A DNA stretch of 59,500 bases, counting the filler. It is 6 parts of 6 records of this genome, joined end to end, with 100 filler letters (N's around TTAATTAATTAA, not from the genome) between each part and the next. Parts side by side here need not be neighbours in the genome. Positions count along the whole stretch, not along the records: positions 17,466 to 34,928 come from SRR31156797_18121; positions 35,029 to 40,139 come from SRR31156797_18125; positions 40,240 to 47,037 come from SRR31156797_18130; 3 more parts are not named here. One strand, written 5' to 3'. The notes under the pieces are model-generated. The model was given only the letters and a program-made list of their open reading frames with translations. It made no database searches and was not told the DNA's origin. The position numbers and the translations under genes are program-made. Of this stretch, positions 31,601-40,471 are shown piece by piece; the stretch's first letter is position 1; every line of letters begins with the position of its first letter.

Positions 31601-32060
31601 AGAGAATGATCATGAACTAGACTCTAAACAGGTTGAAATGATAGAAACAAAGGATTTTTCGCAAGGTAAAGCAAGCACAAAATTATCAATCCTGCTGGTC
31701 GAGGATTCAGAAGACAACCGCATGGTCATCGACCTTTTCCTCAAGGATACTCCATACAAAATCACTTATGCTGAAAATGGTCTGGAAGGTCTGGAACAAT
31801 TCAAACAAGGGGAATACGGAATAGTGCTTATGGACATACAGATGCCTATCATGGACGGCTATGAGGCAACAAAAGCCATCAGAAAATATGAAGAGGAAAA
31901 CAAACTCAAGCCGACCCCGATTATGGCTCTGACTGCCAACGCTTTTCAGGATGATGAACAACGTGCTCTTGCTTCCGGTTGTACAGTCCACATGGCCAAA
32001 CCGGTAAAAAAGAAAAAACTGCTTCGGGTTCTGGAGGAACACCTGAGTTTCGACTCATAA
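25650..32060 (+). CDS. Multidomain Ser/Thr (pseudo)kinase - AAA ATPase - GAF - PAS - hybrid histidine kinase - receiver
   Basis: YISPEQSGR, DFYSLG; GEAGTGKS, LFLDDLQWAD; GVLYLEN; FLASMSHEIRTPMN; NLIGNSLKFT, DTGVGI, GGTGLGL; LLVEDS, LMDIQMP, KP. Confidence 0.93.
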   Translation: MINLAGYENVTPLYEGNDMVLCRAIRGYDDLPVLIKYPNSELPSPRLLTGLKNEYATSQEIGNTGIVPAVTLHRTDNSLALILEDKGYNLLSSLIPHSTADLAQKLQIALRIASSISLVHTKGFLHRNIRPDSIAIAPDYREALLTNLQNSTRIAESFPQTSAEIISPDNIAYISPEQSGRVSTELDRRSDFYSLGITLFELFTGQKPFKTQDDLELIHCHLAKEPPAPQSINSEIPLPLSAVIMKLLSKNPGDRYQSAHGIKQDLKACMNIIGNGKKFEKFTPGNQDISKTFTLSRKLFGRKDELSELKAAFSKVMLGSCETVFISGEAGTGKSSLINSFSEQVYKENGEFISGKFDQFRRNRPYSALIQAFQELLRKRLSSPTPVINAWKNRITSVLEQNASLISEVLPELELLIGKQENPVELSPTESRNRFNLAFKNFIKVFPSIDKPLVLFLDDLQWADVSTLQLLQRLLEDQETSHLMLICAYRTNLPMNDGIKSRIEEIEELSPKVRSLKLNRLKLHHVHGFISRTLRTDRKRTEDLARMVYSRTGGNPLFVREYLLNMYRAELITFDNDKTRWEWDLKTIRNISMDGNLVELMAEKILTQPREGQEILKAASGIGCKFDLRILTQLMDLPEQLTLDYLSMALHEGLIISDDSVASLADFNSQSGPYYLSFMHDRVQQAAYSMLDAAEKTKLHLNIGRVMLALYSANEIDEANFEIAAQYSLCISAITDPRERKGISYVFTKAGRKAKRSSAFETAASYLSTASRLMGKNGWETSYRASFDLHLDWYECEFLNGSGKQAENVFKTMIEHSQNRKDTTKAQLSRMQLFSDQGRYHDAVKIGLDTLQHYDIIIPQLPGKLSIATELLKTKAVLGNKKTLQLYNLPEMDSTVDLEVMRLLMHTIAPAYMFNKSLVFYIALRMIRFSVKNGNGPFSSFGYMLYAMFLASKNFSFKKSKEFTRLAVELNKKFRNTELETKINTLRGGTHDHWHVPLQENMNTLDKAFHNGLMHGDNTYARYAGYFAVQLKFMQGHTIAEVYSLAERYLNFIQKNKNSLSSGAIKLPLQMCKSMEGKTYTPGYLDDDNFREGNLLSTAKSSGSEVVENWTAISKLITLSFFGYHTKAIKYVNTLYDNVEEALFGMYSVAIFHLLAIINMTVLFKDESPKTRKLYLRRINHSLSRLGKWEKNCPENFRHLLLIGRAELARIKGNNSKALILYEKAISFSANAGYNNFAALACELSGKFHLSIGGKRSALATLAEACHYYEKWGASAKIQRMLNDYPQLRKATEAGFSNDNSAGDKGNQSLDISAVVKASQAISGEIVLNRLLDKLMRIVIENAGAQKATLLLNNKNSLELTAHAFVSEHGITTKTNPNPEQELYCKSIVNYVLRSKDNIVLRDAGTQGPFSIDSYIIRTKPKSILAMPVINQQLMRGVLYLENNLSPGVFTDDRLEVLNLLCSQAAISIQNARLYSDLRDSETQHRTLLESINVGVFRAEADVDGLLLKANRALAEMFGYRGWNEFRKTQVRTLYIDPEIHQEILNELLEGGIVRDREINMRKQDGTPIWVNMTVSMERNGNKDNCLEGVLEDITEKRKAQEFEREKVAANAANKAKSDFLASMSHEIRTPMNAILGMADLLWESRLSKIQRNYVKIFKNAGENLLLLINDILDLSKIEAGQIDLEKIDFNLEELFEEIGSIFALRAQIKGVDFCWYIDPEVPRIITGDPTRLRQIIVNLIGNSLKFTEKGTITFEVGLTEIGYLRFIVKDTGVGIPVKKMNSIFDTFSQADSSTTRNYGGTGLGLSICSRMVESMQGGIFVSSTEGDGAAFAFTISAEFPIQPEFSPPLDNCAILLVDRECICRDYLSHSLTDLGAKVYAADSLGESSAYAAEIAYSTYENNVLLVGNLDGKDDRFEILKKMKHGPCQGWKLMMIMEAKPQPRATARAKQLCATYVHRPVHPQAIVEDLRYAQTCTISPDDNEENDHELDSKQVEMIETKDFSQGKASTKLSILLVEDSEDNRMVIDLFLKDTPYKITYAENGLEGLEQFKQGEYGIVLMDIQMPIMDGYEATKAIRKYEEENKLKPTPIMALTANAFQDDEQRALASGCTVHMAKPVKKKKLLRVLEEHLSFDS

Positions 32061-32066
32061 GACAAC

Positions 32067-33083
32067 CTACCAGCGACGGGTCAAAACAGTTCTCCAGCTA
32101 GCCGGAATCAATGACTCATAAGCCTGACCAACGTCCTCAAGACCAGTCATTTTCCCGGACAGACTGATGCCGTAGGGCTTCATAAGTCGAAGGGGATATT
32201 TTTCGTTTCTAAGCTGGAATCCGGAAGAACTGTCCAGTACGGTCAGCATTTCTTCGGGAGACCGACCCACCAGAACTGCTTCGGGAAAAAAAACCGCATG
32301 GGCAGTCTGTTCTTCCAAGCCATCAAAAAGAGTTTTGCTGATAAAAATAAAATCTTCCTTCCACAAACTGCGTCCGGCACCGGGAAGTGTTTCATTGCAG
32401 ATAAAGTGAAGCTTTCTTCCTTCCAAAAAACCGTAGCTGTCCACTTTTTTAGCATCAGCCACAAGGACATTGCCCAGCCCCATATTTCCCAAGACCTCAT
32501 TGGTCCGCTCGGCAACAATCTGATTACGTTCTATACCTACCAGCGAGGAACTTTCAAAACCATTACGTCTGGCCTGCACATCCATAGCCAGCATGAGGAT
32601 TCCTGTGCCGGAACCGATATCCAGTCCCGTGAACGGCTCGCCATCCAGCTGCGGTTCGGCCTCTGCTATAGCTTTGAAGATGTGCACGCTCTTGGGCAGG
32701 TCCGCCAGCATGCACAGGGCAAAGCCGTAAGACAAAAGCTGCTTACGCAATTCAAGGCAATTTTCCAACACATCACTGCCCAGCCTGCGATGTACGAAAC
32801 GATCAAAAAGCAACGAGATATCTTTAAGCTCAAGAACCTGTTCATGTGACCCGGGATAAACATAAGCATGAAAAAATTTTACCATGATGTTCAGCAGCAA
32901 AGTCCCGTCCAATTCAACGGCGGGATTTCCGGCCTCGGCAAGATCCTCATTGAGAGAGGTCCGACGATAAATTTCTTCCGGCAAAACAGCTTCTTCCATT
33001 GCCTGACGCTGCAACAAACGCAAACTGGCTTTTTTGATCATTATCTGTACCTGCCTTGATTTTATGCTGCTGATGAAAGTCAA
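32067..33083 (-). CDS. Class I SAM-dependent methyltransferase-like protein
   Basis: Motif I LDIGSGTGIL; acidic residue in GIERN; start uncertain (likely MIKKASL). Confidence 0.7.
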   Translation of the reverse strand: MTFISSIKSRQVQIMIKKASLRLLQRQAMEEAVLPEEIYRRTSLNEDLAEAGNPAVELDGTLLLNIMVKFFHAYVYPGSHEQVLELKDISLLFDRFVHRRLGSDVLENCLELRKQLLSYGFALCMLADLPKSVHIFKAIAEAEPQLDGEPFTGLDIGSGTGILMLAMDVQARRNGFESSSLVGIERNQIVAERTNEVLGNMGLGNVLVADAKKVDSYGFLEGRKLHFICNETLPGAGRSLWKEDFIFISKTLFDGLEEQTAHAVFFPEAVLVGRSPEEMLTVLDSSSGFQLRNEKYPLRLMKPYGISLSGKMTGLEDVGQAYESLIPASWRTVLTRRW

Positions 33084-33262
33084 TTCTACCGTTTTTTACA
33101 ATCTATTACCACTGAATTGGGGCAATCTAAGACTTGACCTTTGCGCTAATCCTGATACGGACAACCCAGCACTTGCGGTGAACGCATCTATAACTAATGG
33201 CTAAACGCCTTTACCAGAGTTCCCCGCCACGATCAAAATATAATCAATACACAGGAACAATC

Positions 33263-34864
33263 ATGTCCCAGAATATAGATTCCAATATCAAAAAAGAAGT
33301 AGAACGCCGCCGAACTTTCGGCATCATCAGTCACCCGGATGCTGGTAAAACCACCCTGACTGAAAAATTGCTCCTCTACGGTGGCGCTATCCAGATGGCC
33401 GGAACCGTTAAATCCCGTAAGGCCGCCCGCCATGCCACCTCCGACTGGATGGCCATGGAACAGGAACGCGGTATTTCCGTAACTACCTCAGTCATGAAGT
33501 TCAACTACCATGACTACGAGGTCAACCTGCTCGACACCCCCGGTCACCAGGACTTTTCCGAGGACACCTACCGCGTGCTCACCGCAGTTGACTCCGCGCT
33601 CATGGTTATCGACTGTGCTAAGGGTGTTGAGGTACAGACCAAAAAGCTGATGGAAGTCTGCCGCATGCGCGACACCCCCATTATCACCTTCATCAACAAG
33701 ATGGACCGTGAAGGTGTCGACCCCTTCGACCTGCTTCAGGACATTGAAGACACCCTGAAAATCGAATGCGCCCCTTTAAGCTGGCCCATCGGCATGGGTT
33801 CCGACTTCAAGGGCACCTACAACATCCACAAGGGAGAACTACATCTTTTCTCCGCCATCCACGGCGGCGTCATCCAGAAGGGTGAAGTCATCAAGGATCT
33901 TTCCGATCCCCGCCTTGACGAACTGCTCGGCGATCAGGCTGACCAGCTACGCGAGGAACTGGAACTGCTTGATGGCGCAGGCTATCCATTTGACAAGGAA
34001 CGTTACCTCGCCGGCAAGCAGACTCCGGTTTTTTTCGGTAGCGCCATCAATAACTTCGGGGTTCAGGAAATGCTGGATTCCTTTGTGGAACTGGCTCCGC
34101 ACCCTAAACCGCGTACCACCACAACCCGCGAAGTCTCTCCTTTTGAATCCGACTTTTCCGCTGTGGCCTTTAAAATTCAAGCCAACATGGACCCCGCACA
34201 CCGTGACCGCATCGCCTTCATGCGCATCTGTTCCGGTAAATTCAAACGCGGCATGAAAGTACGCCACCACCGCATCGGCAAGGATGTGCAGATCGCCAAC
34301 GCCACTATCTTCATGGCTCAGGATCGCACTGGCGTCGAAGAAGCTTTTCCCGGCGATATTATCGGTGTCCATAACCATGGGACCATCAAGATCGGGGATA
34401 CTTTCACCGGAACCAAAGAAGAACTGAAGTTCACCGGAATCCCCAACTTTGCCCCCGAACATTTCCGCCGCGTTATCCTCAAGGATCCGCTCAAAAGCAA
34501 GCAGCTCGACAAAGGACTGCACCAATTAGCTGAAGAAGGCGCGGTTCAGCTCTTCAAACCGCTGGGCAACAACGACAAGATTCTCGGTGCAGTAGGCCTG
34601 CTCCAGTTCGACGTGATCATGTCCCGCCTCAGGGATGAATACGGTGTTGCCGCACTTTATGAGCCGGTGGAGTACCACACTGCCCGCTGGATCGGCAGTG
34701 ATGAGCAGAAAGAAATCGACGGGATCAAGAAGCGCTATCCCCGTTTCGTGGCCCTTGACGGTGACGACAACCTGACCTTCCTCGCACCCAGCCAGTGGCG
34801 ACTGCAGCAGGCTGAAGAAGAATGGCCCAAAATCAATTTCAATAAAACCCGCGAGCATCAATAG
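33263..34864 (+). CDS. prfC: Peptide chain release factor 3
   Basis: [51 protein letters not shown]. Confidence 0.97.
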   Translation: MSQNIDSNIKKEVERRRTFGIISHPDAGKTTLTEKLLLYGGAIQMAGTVKSRKAARHATSDWMAMEQERGISVTTSVMKFNYHDYEVNLLDTPGHQDFSEDTYRVLTAVDSALMVIDCAKGVEVQTKKLMEVCRMRDTPIITFINKMDREGVDPFDLLQDIEDTLKIECAPLSWPIGMGSDFKGTYNIHKGELHLFSAIHGGVIQKGEVIKDLSDPRLDELLGDQADQLREELELLDGAGYPFDKERYLAGKQTPVFFGSAINNFGVQEMLDSFVELAPHPKPRTTTTREVSPFESDFSAVAFKIQANMDPAHRDRIAFMRICSGKFKRGMKVRHHRIGKDVQIANATIFMAQDRTGVEEAFPGDIIGVHNHGTIKIGDTFTGTKEELKFTGIPNFAPEHFRRVILKDPLKSKQLDKGLHQLAEEGAVQLFKPLGNNDKILGAVGLLQFDVIMSRLRDEYGVAALYEPVEYHTARWIGSDEQKEIDGIKKRYPRFVALDGDDNLTFLAPSQWRLQQAEEEWPKINFNKTREHQ

Positions 34865-34867
34865 AGT

Positions 34868-34928
34868 TTTGGTGCGCTACGCGCTTTTGATAGGTGACTT
34901 CGCCTCCGGCGGCCAAAGGGGATAATCC
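34868..34928. repeat. Second copy of REP-like repeat, 3' of prfC; contig ends inside it
   Basis: TTGGTGCGCTACGCGCTTTTGAT...TTCGCCTCCGGCGGC. Confidence 0.7.
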
Positions 34929-35028
34929 NNNNNNNNNNNNNNNNNNNNNNNNNNNNNNNNNNNNNNNNNNNNTTAATTAATTAANNNNNNNNNNNNNNNN
35001 NNNNNNNNNNNNNNNNNNNNNNNNNNNN
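34929..35028. other. Artificial contig spacer
   Basis: N44 + TTAATTAATTAA + N44. Confidence 0.98.
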
Positions 35029-35101
35029 ACCACCAAAAAAGTGCGACGGTAACCGCGATCTTTAGAAAATTTGTAAGAATTTTTTTTAAATGATTTTTCA
35101 T
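35029..35101 (-). CDS. N-terminus of a membrane protein, possibly lysylphosphatidylglycerol-synthase/flippase-like (truncated)
   Basis: MKNHLKKILTNFLKIAVTVALFWW; ATGA overlap with GT2 stop. Confidence 0.45.
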
Positions 35102-36255
35102 AAGGTTTTCTTGTAGTTCGTACCCTTCCAGGTGAAATTTCCAAAAGTGCCATAAAGTCCGACCCAAACAATGAATAGAGAATGAAATATCTCCATTAAA
35201 AAGAGATGCTTGAATTTGTAGGGTATTTGAAATTTTCTCAAAGTTACCATCATATAAAAGAAGTCACATGCCGCTTTAATAATTACCAATCCTACCCAAT
35301 AGGGTAGAACTGCCGGATCAATAATCGCCAATAATGGTAAGAATATTGTTGCAAGATAGAAGAAAAACACGGTCAGGCCTAATGCAATTACTGAAAAAGT
35401 AGACATCAAAGTTTTTGAAGCCCATCTTACACGTTGATTAATAACCCCTTTAATACTATCTTCAGGTACAAGTTTAACTACTGAGTCAGGATGAGAATTA
35501 AATTTAACTTCATAGCCTTGTTTTTGAGCTTCAAAAATAATATCTGAATCATCTCCGGAAACAATATTCCCTCTTAGGGCATCTTTACCTCTAAACAATT
35601 CTTTTCTATACAGCATATTGCTACCGTTGGCAGTGATCCCGAAGCCATTTGCCATAGCTCCCGCAATAACAACGTTATGTGACAAATTCTCTAAAGTTTG
35701 CATACCCTGCCAAGTCTTTTCAAATCTAGAATTGAACTGATCTTTTACAAATAAAGAAATGCCTGTCGCAGCCCCTAATTTCCCATTACACATCGAGCCA
35801 TATGATCGCAACCAATTTTCTTGATGGATTGCATCAGCATCCGTTGCAACGATAAAATCGGTTTTACAAGAGTTCATTGCATGTGTAATGGCATTCTTTT
35901 TGGGTGATACACCGGCCGGACAATTATCAATATGCAATACTTTCAATTGAGGATATTTCTTTTCGTATTCCTCAAGTATGTCAGGAGTCTTATCTTCAGA
36001 TCTGTCGTTAACGGCAATAAGCGAATATTTATCTTTAGGATAATTTTGATCAAAAATGGAAGTCAGACATTTTTCGATATTTTCTTCTTCGTCTTTTGCA
36101 CATACAATGACCGTTAAATCCGGTAGATCAATATCTGCTTTCAATTCATGGGGCTTTATTTTTTTTAATCCGACATAGAAAAATAAAATATACAGCACAT
36201 AACAGCCCGCAAAAGCATAGGCAATGGCCGTGATAATATATACGCTTAGTTGCAT
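35098..36255 (-). CDS. Membrane glycosyltransferase family 2
   Basis: VIVCAKDEE, VNDRSED, TDAD (DxD), SGDD, QRVRW. Confidence 0.9.
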   Translation of the reverse strand: MQLSVYIITAIAYAFAGCYVLYILFFYVGLKKIKPHELKADIDLPDLTVIVCAKDEEENIEKCLTSIFDQNYPKDKYSLIAVNDRSEDKTPDILEEYEKKYPQLKVLHIDNCPAGVSPKKNAITHAMNSCKTDFIVATDADAIHQENWLRSYGSMCNGKLGAATGISLFVKDQFNSRFEKTWQGMQTLENLSHNVVIAGAMANGFGITANGSNMLYRKELFRGKDALRGNIVSGDDSDIIFEAQKQGYEVKFNSHPDSVVKLVPEDSIKGVINQRVRWASKTLMSTFSVIALGLTVFFFYLATIFLPLLAIIDPAVLPYWVGLVIIKAACDFFYMMVTLRKFQIPYKFKHLFLMEIFHSLFIVWVGLYGTFGNFTWKGTNYKKTL

Positions 36256-37337
36256 AATGATTCTAACAGTTCGTTGATATGGTCCAATTGATTCAAGGGG
36301 ATATGTCGTTTAGCCACTTCCCGGCTTGTATCAAATTTTATGTTCTTCAAATTCAGTTTATCTTGCGTACAATAGCTGTATAAACCTTCTTTACTATAAT
36401 ATTCCGCCAGATATTCCTGCTCGGTTTGACCCGGCGTTGGAACATACAAAGCAGATTTATTCAATGCAAGCAATTCCATAACGGTGGAATAACCCGACCT
36501 GCAAACGATGTGCTTAGCTCTTTGCATCATTAAAGCCATTTCTTTCCGGTTCAAGTGCGTATAAACAGTTGCATTTTCAGTCTGTTTGACGATATTGTCT
36601 TCCGTTCCCGGCTTACCCAGAGTTACTGCGATCTTACCCGGAACTTCATCCAATTGCGACAGTACCTTCTTCTCAAATTGCGTGCGTTGAGGTTCGGGGC
36701 CGGAAATACTGATAAATAGGTCAAGATCCTTTTCAGGGGGATGTTCATCCGGAACGACACTGGAAAGACATCCGATATATCTTATTTTTGGATGTTTTGA
36801 AATACTGCTGTTGTGCGATAGGTCACCCGAAAGATTCGGCATGCCTTCAGCATCCGGTATAAACACATTATCAAAATGCCTGAATACAATACGATTGAAC
36901 CATTCACCAAATATTGCCGCCCATTTTAGGCCTTTGGGCAGATGGAAGCGCAATTGATGTGTGATCAGGATGGACGGGATCTTTTTTGACCAAAAACCCA
37001 GGCGCATTTCGGTAATGATCATATCGGCATTATATTCCTTGATCAGTTTCTTGACCTGTCGACGTTCATGATACCATCCCACAAGCATTTTAGGCACCTG
37101 AGAAACCATTTTAAAAACGAACATCCAGCCGAATTTAGGATAAGCGATCTGCGTATCTTTCACTTCACGGATCTCGCAATCGGGATATTCATTTTTCAAC
37201 ATGGCAAGGGCTTTCCCATAGGATACGAGAATGACCTTATTACCATCTTTGATAAGACGTTTGATAATGGGTGTGGACCGGGTTACATGGCCCAAGCCCC
37301 AGTCTATAAGAGCATAAATTACAGTCTTATTTTTCAT
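36246..37337 (-). CDS. GT-B glycosyltransferase (GT28 C-terminal-like)
   Basis: WGLGHVTR; SGPEPQR; CRSGYSTVME; VPTPGQTEQ. Confidence 0.88.
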   Translation of the reverse strand: MKNKTVIYALIDWGLGHVTRSTPIIKRLIKDGNKVILVSYGKALAMLKNEYPDCEIREVKDTQIAYPKFGWMFVFKMVSQVPKMLVGWYHERRQVKKLIKEYNADMIITEMRLGFWSKKIPSILITHQLRFHLPKGLKWAAIFGEWFNRIVFRHFDNVFIPDAEGMPNLSGDLSHNSSISKHPKIRYIGCLSSVVPDEHPPEKDLDLFISISGPEPQRTQFEKKVLSQLDEVPGKIAVTLGKPGTEDNIVKQTENATVYTHLNRKEMALMMQRAKHIVCRSGYSTVMELLALNKSALYVPTPGQTEQEYLAEYYSKEGLYSYCTQDKLNLKNIKFDTSREVAKRHIPLNQLDHINELLESLCN

Positions 37338-39522
37338 TCGATAGATCTTTGCGCTTAAAGATCACACATGCCATTGGCGGGATCCCTACCTGAATGGATT
37401 GCTTTCTGCCATTCCATTCGATAGCTTCCGCTTCCTGAAGCTTGTTTTTGATCACGCCACTGCCGTTGAATTCTTTGTCATCGGAATTGAACACTTCCGA
37501 GTATTTTCCGGGTTCAGGAACACCGATGCGGTAGTCAAAATATGTTTCGGGTGTAAAGTTGCAGATCACGATCAGATCATCTTTGATATCTTTTCCACGA
37601 CGGAAGAAAGAAGCAATTGATTGTTCCATATTGCCGCCGTCGATCCATTCAAAACCTGCCGGTTCCTGGTCACGTTCCCACAAAGCCGGTGATTTCTTAT
37701 AAAGCTTATTCAGATCAGTCATGAACTTGGATGCTGTCTTATGCGGCTCAAACTGTTCCAGTTCCCACTCGATGCCACGATCTTCGTTCCATTCGCCCCA
37801 GGGAGCCAGTTCCGATCCCATAAAAAGTAATTTCTTGCCGGGATGGGCGTACATAAATGCCAGTAGAAGTTTATAATTGGCAAATTTCTGCCAATCATCA
37901 CCCGGCATCTTGTTTAAAAGAGACCCTTTGCCGTGAACTACTTCATCGTGAGAAAGCGATAGAATAAAATTTTCGGAATATTGATACAACATGGAAAAGG
38001 TCATATCGCTGTGATGATATTTCCTATGAACGGGTTCTTTGGACATATAACGCAAAAAATCGTTCATCCAGCCCATGTTCCATTTGAAATCGAATCCAAG
38101 TCCGCCGGTATGCACCGGATGAGAAACTCCGCCCCATGCAGTTGATTCTTCAGCGATCATCAAGGCTTTGGGAAAATATTGTCCGACGACGGTCGACAAT
38201 TTTTTCATAAATTCGATGGCTTCAAGATTCTCGTTTCCACCGTATTGGTTGGGAACCCATTCCCCTTCCTCGCGACTGTAATCAAGATAAAGCATGCTGG
38301 CAACCGCATCAATGCGCAAACCATCCACATGGAATTCTTTCAGCCAGTAAAGAGCATTCGAAACCAGAAAATTCTGGACTTCGTTTCGCCCGTAATTAAA
38401 GATCAGCGTACCCCAGTCAGGGTGTTCGCCTTTTCTTGGATCAACATGTTCATAAAGCGCCGTACCGTCAAAACGCGCCAGAGCAAAATCATCTTTTGGA
38501 AAGTGGGCAGGAACCCAATCAAGCAGAACACCAATGCCGTGTTTATGGCAATAATCGATAAAATATCGCAGATCATCGGGTTCACCGAAACGGCTGGTTG
38601 GTGCATAATACCCGGTTACCTGATAACCCCAGGAGCCGTCGAAAGGATATTCCATGACGGGCATAAGCTCCACATGAGTAAAGCCGTGTTTTTTAACGTA
38701 GTCGACCAGGATGGGCGCGATCTCTTTATAGCTGTACCATTCCCAATCCTCTTTTCGTTTCCAGGATGCCAGGTGCACTTCGTAAATACTCATAGGCTTA
38801 TCAAGCGCATGCTCAGGCATGGCATCCATGTATTTTTTATCTTTCCATTTATAGTTCGAATCGTAAATGCGGGAGGCATTGCCGGGACGCATTTCCGAAT
38901 AATTGGCATAGGGGTCCGCTTTAATGCTTAGTTGACCGTCACGAGTATATATCTCGTATTTATATTTCAAGCCTTCATCGATACCCGGAATGAATATTTC
39001 CCAGATACCCGAGGCGCCCAGAACGCGCATCATATGTTTGCGGCCATCCCAGAAATTAAAATCGCCTACGACGGAAACTCGTCGGGCCGAAGGAGCCCAA
39101 ACGGCAAAAGAAACACCTTTTATACCATCCATCTCACAGACATGGGCACCGAGCTTCTCATAGATAAAATGATGATCGCCTTTTCCAAAGAGATAGGCGT
39201 CTTCTTCGGTGATCTGCGGCATAAATTGATAAGGATGAATATAATCATAGGAATTGCCATCGGGAAAATCGACATGCACTTCATACTTTTCAAAGGCTTC
39301 CGATTTAAATGCAACCGCCCAGAATCCCTCTGAATTGATCTTCTCAAGTTTCAGTTTCTTTTTGCTGTCCAATAGCTTAATGGAAACAGCTTTTGCATCG
39401 GGTTGAAATACCCGAACTACTTTTTCCAGATCGCTGTTTTCATGCATTCCCAGTACGGCATGCGGATCGTGGCATACCCCGTCGTGGATCTTTCTCATAT
39501 TATTCTTGAGGCTCATGATCAT
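37327..39522 (-). CDS. glgB: 1,4-alpha-glucan branching enzyme
   Basis: FAVWAP.A, YEVHL.SW, SWGYQ, RIDAVASM, AEES, SHDEVVHGK. Confidence 0.97.
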   Translation of the reverse strand: MIMSLKNNMRKIHDGVCHDPHAVLGMHENSDLEKVVRVFQPDAKAVSIKLLDSKKKLKLEKINSEGFWAVAFKSEAFEKYEVHVDFPDGNSYDYIHPYQFMPQITEEDAYLFGKGDHHFIYEKLGAHVCEMDGIKGVSFAVWAPSARRVSVVGDFNFWDGRKHMMRVLGASGIWEIFIPGIDEGLKYKYEIYTRDGQLSIKADPYANYSEMRPGNASRIYDSNYKWKDKKYMDAMPEHALDKPMSIYEVHLASWKRKEDWEWYSYKEIAPILVDYVKKHGFTHVELMPVMEYPFDGSWGYQVTGYYAPTSRFGEPDDLRYFIDYCHKHGIGVLLDWVPAHFPKDDFALARFDGTALYEHVDPRKGEHPDWGTLIFNYGRNEVQNFLVSNALYWLKEFHVDGLRIDAVASMLYLDYSREEGEWVPNQYGGNENLEAIEFMKKLSTVVGQYFPKALMIAEESTAWGGVSHPVHTGGLGFDFKWNMGWMNDFLRYMSKEPVHRKYHHSDMTFSMLYQYSENFILSLSHDEVVHGKGSLLNKMPGDDWQKFANYKLLLAFMYAHPGKKLLFMGSELAPWGEWNEDRGIEWELEQFEPHKTASKFMTDLNKLYKKSPALWERDQEPAGFEWIDGGNMEQSIASFFRRGKDIKDDLIVICNFTPETYFDYRIGVPEPGKYSEVFNSDDKEFNGSGVIKNKLQEAEAIEWNGRKQSIQVGIPPMACVIFKRKDLSNEK

Positions 39523-40054
39523 CCTTTCTCAGTTTTGCGCTCAATAGGCCAATCATTGTTTTAACATCTGTGATATCTCCCGAACGAACCTTGTTTATTG
39601 CATCGTCCAGGGACAATGAGAACGTCTGAACGAATTCATTGTCATCGGTTTGTATCTTGCCTTCTTTCAATCCGAAGGCCTCGTAGATATGGATCACCTC
39701 ATCGCTGTATCCGATACAGGGATGTATGGTCGTCAGGAATTTTAGTTCCGTGGCTTTATAGCCCGTTTCTTCTTCCAGCTCCCGAAATCCGGTCTGCTCG
39801 GGTGTTTCTCCTGCATCGATCTTGCCGGCCGGCAATTCGATAAAAACTTTGTCCAGCGGATATCGGAATTGGTTCAAAAGAACAACGTCGCCATTCTTAA
39901 GATAGGGCACCAAAGCTACGGCTCCCGGATGCTGAATATATTCGCGTACGGATTCCCTGCCATTGGGCAGTTCTACCATATCTTTGCGAACATGTAACAA
40001 GGCGCCGTCAAAGACGGCTTTGCTCGAGAGCTTTGTTTCCTTTAAGGTATCCAT
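39500..40054 (-). CDS. nudF: NUDIX hydrolase, ADP-ribose/ADP-sugar pyrophosphatase type
   Basis: Nudix box ELPAGKIDAGETPEQTGFRELEEETG; HPGAV; QFRYP. Confidence 0.85.
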   Translation of the reverse strand: MDTLKETKLSSKAVFDGALLHVRKDMVELPNGRESVREYIQHPGAVALVPYLKNGDVVLLNQFRYPLDKVFIELPAGKIDAGETPEQTGFRELEEETGYKATELKFLTTIHPCIGYSDEVIHIYEAFGLKEGKIQTDDNEFVQTFSLSLDDAINKVRSGDITDVKTMIGLLSAKLRKDDHEPQE

Positions 40055-40098
40055 TTGGAGAATATACGAGATAATACGATTATGGTCAAATGAATAAC

Positions 40099-40133
40099 GA
40101 ACATTAGAACATTCGAGCATTCGAACATTCGAA
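40099..40133. repeat. Short tandem octamer repeat at contig end
   Basis: GAACATTA GAACATTC GAGCATTC GAACATTC GAA. Confidence 0.65.
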
Positions 40134-40139
40134 GTAAAT

Positions 40140-40239
40140 NNNNNNNNNNNNNNNNNNNNNNNNNNNNNNNNNNNNNNNNNNNNTTAATTAATTAANNNNN
40201 NNNNNNNNNNNNNNNNNNNNNNNNNNNNNNNNNNNNNNN
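40140..40239. other. Artificial contig spacer
   Basis: N44 + TTAATTAATTAA + N44. Confidence 0.98.
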
Positions 40240-40400
40240 CTTTTATCAACAAGCAATACTACACCATCTTTTGCTTTAACGCCTGCTGCGGTTGTACCTC
40301 TCTTAACAGCTTCTCTTGCATATTCTACCTGAAAGAGACGTCCATCAGGACTAAAAACTGTAATAGCGCGATCATAACCCATCTGTGGTGTCATTTGCAT
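40240..40400 (-). CDS. psmA: Archaeal proteasome alpha subunit (N-terminus, truncated)
   Basis: [28 protein letters not shown]. Confidence 0.95.
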
Positions 40401-40471
40401 CTTCACTTCATCTCCTAATTTATATGTAGATAATAATAGAATACATACGATAACTATCTGAAATATGCTCT

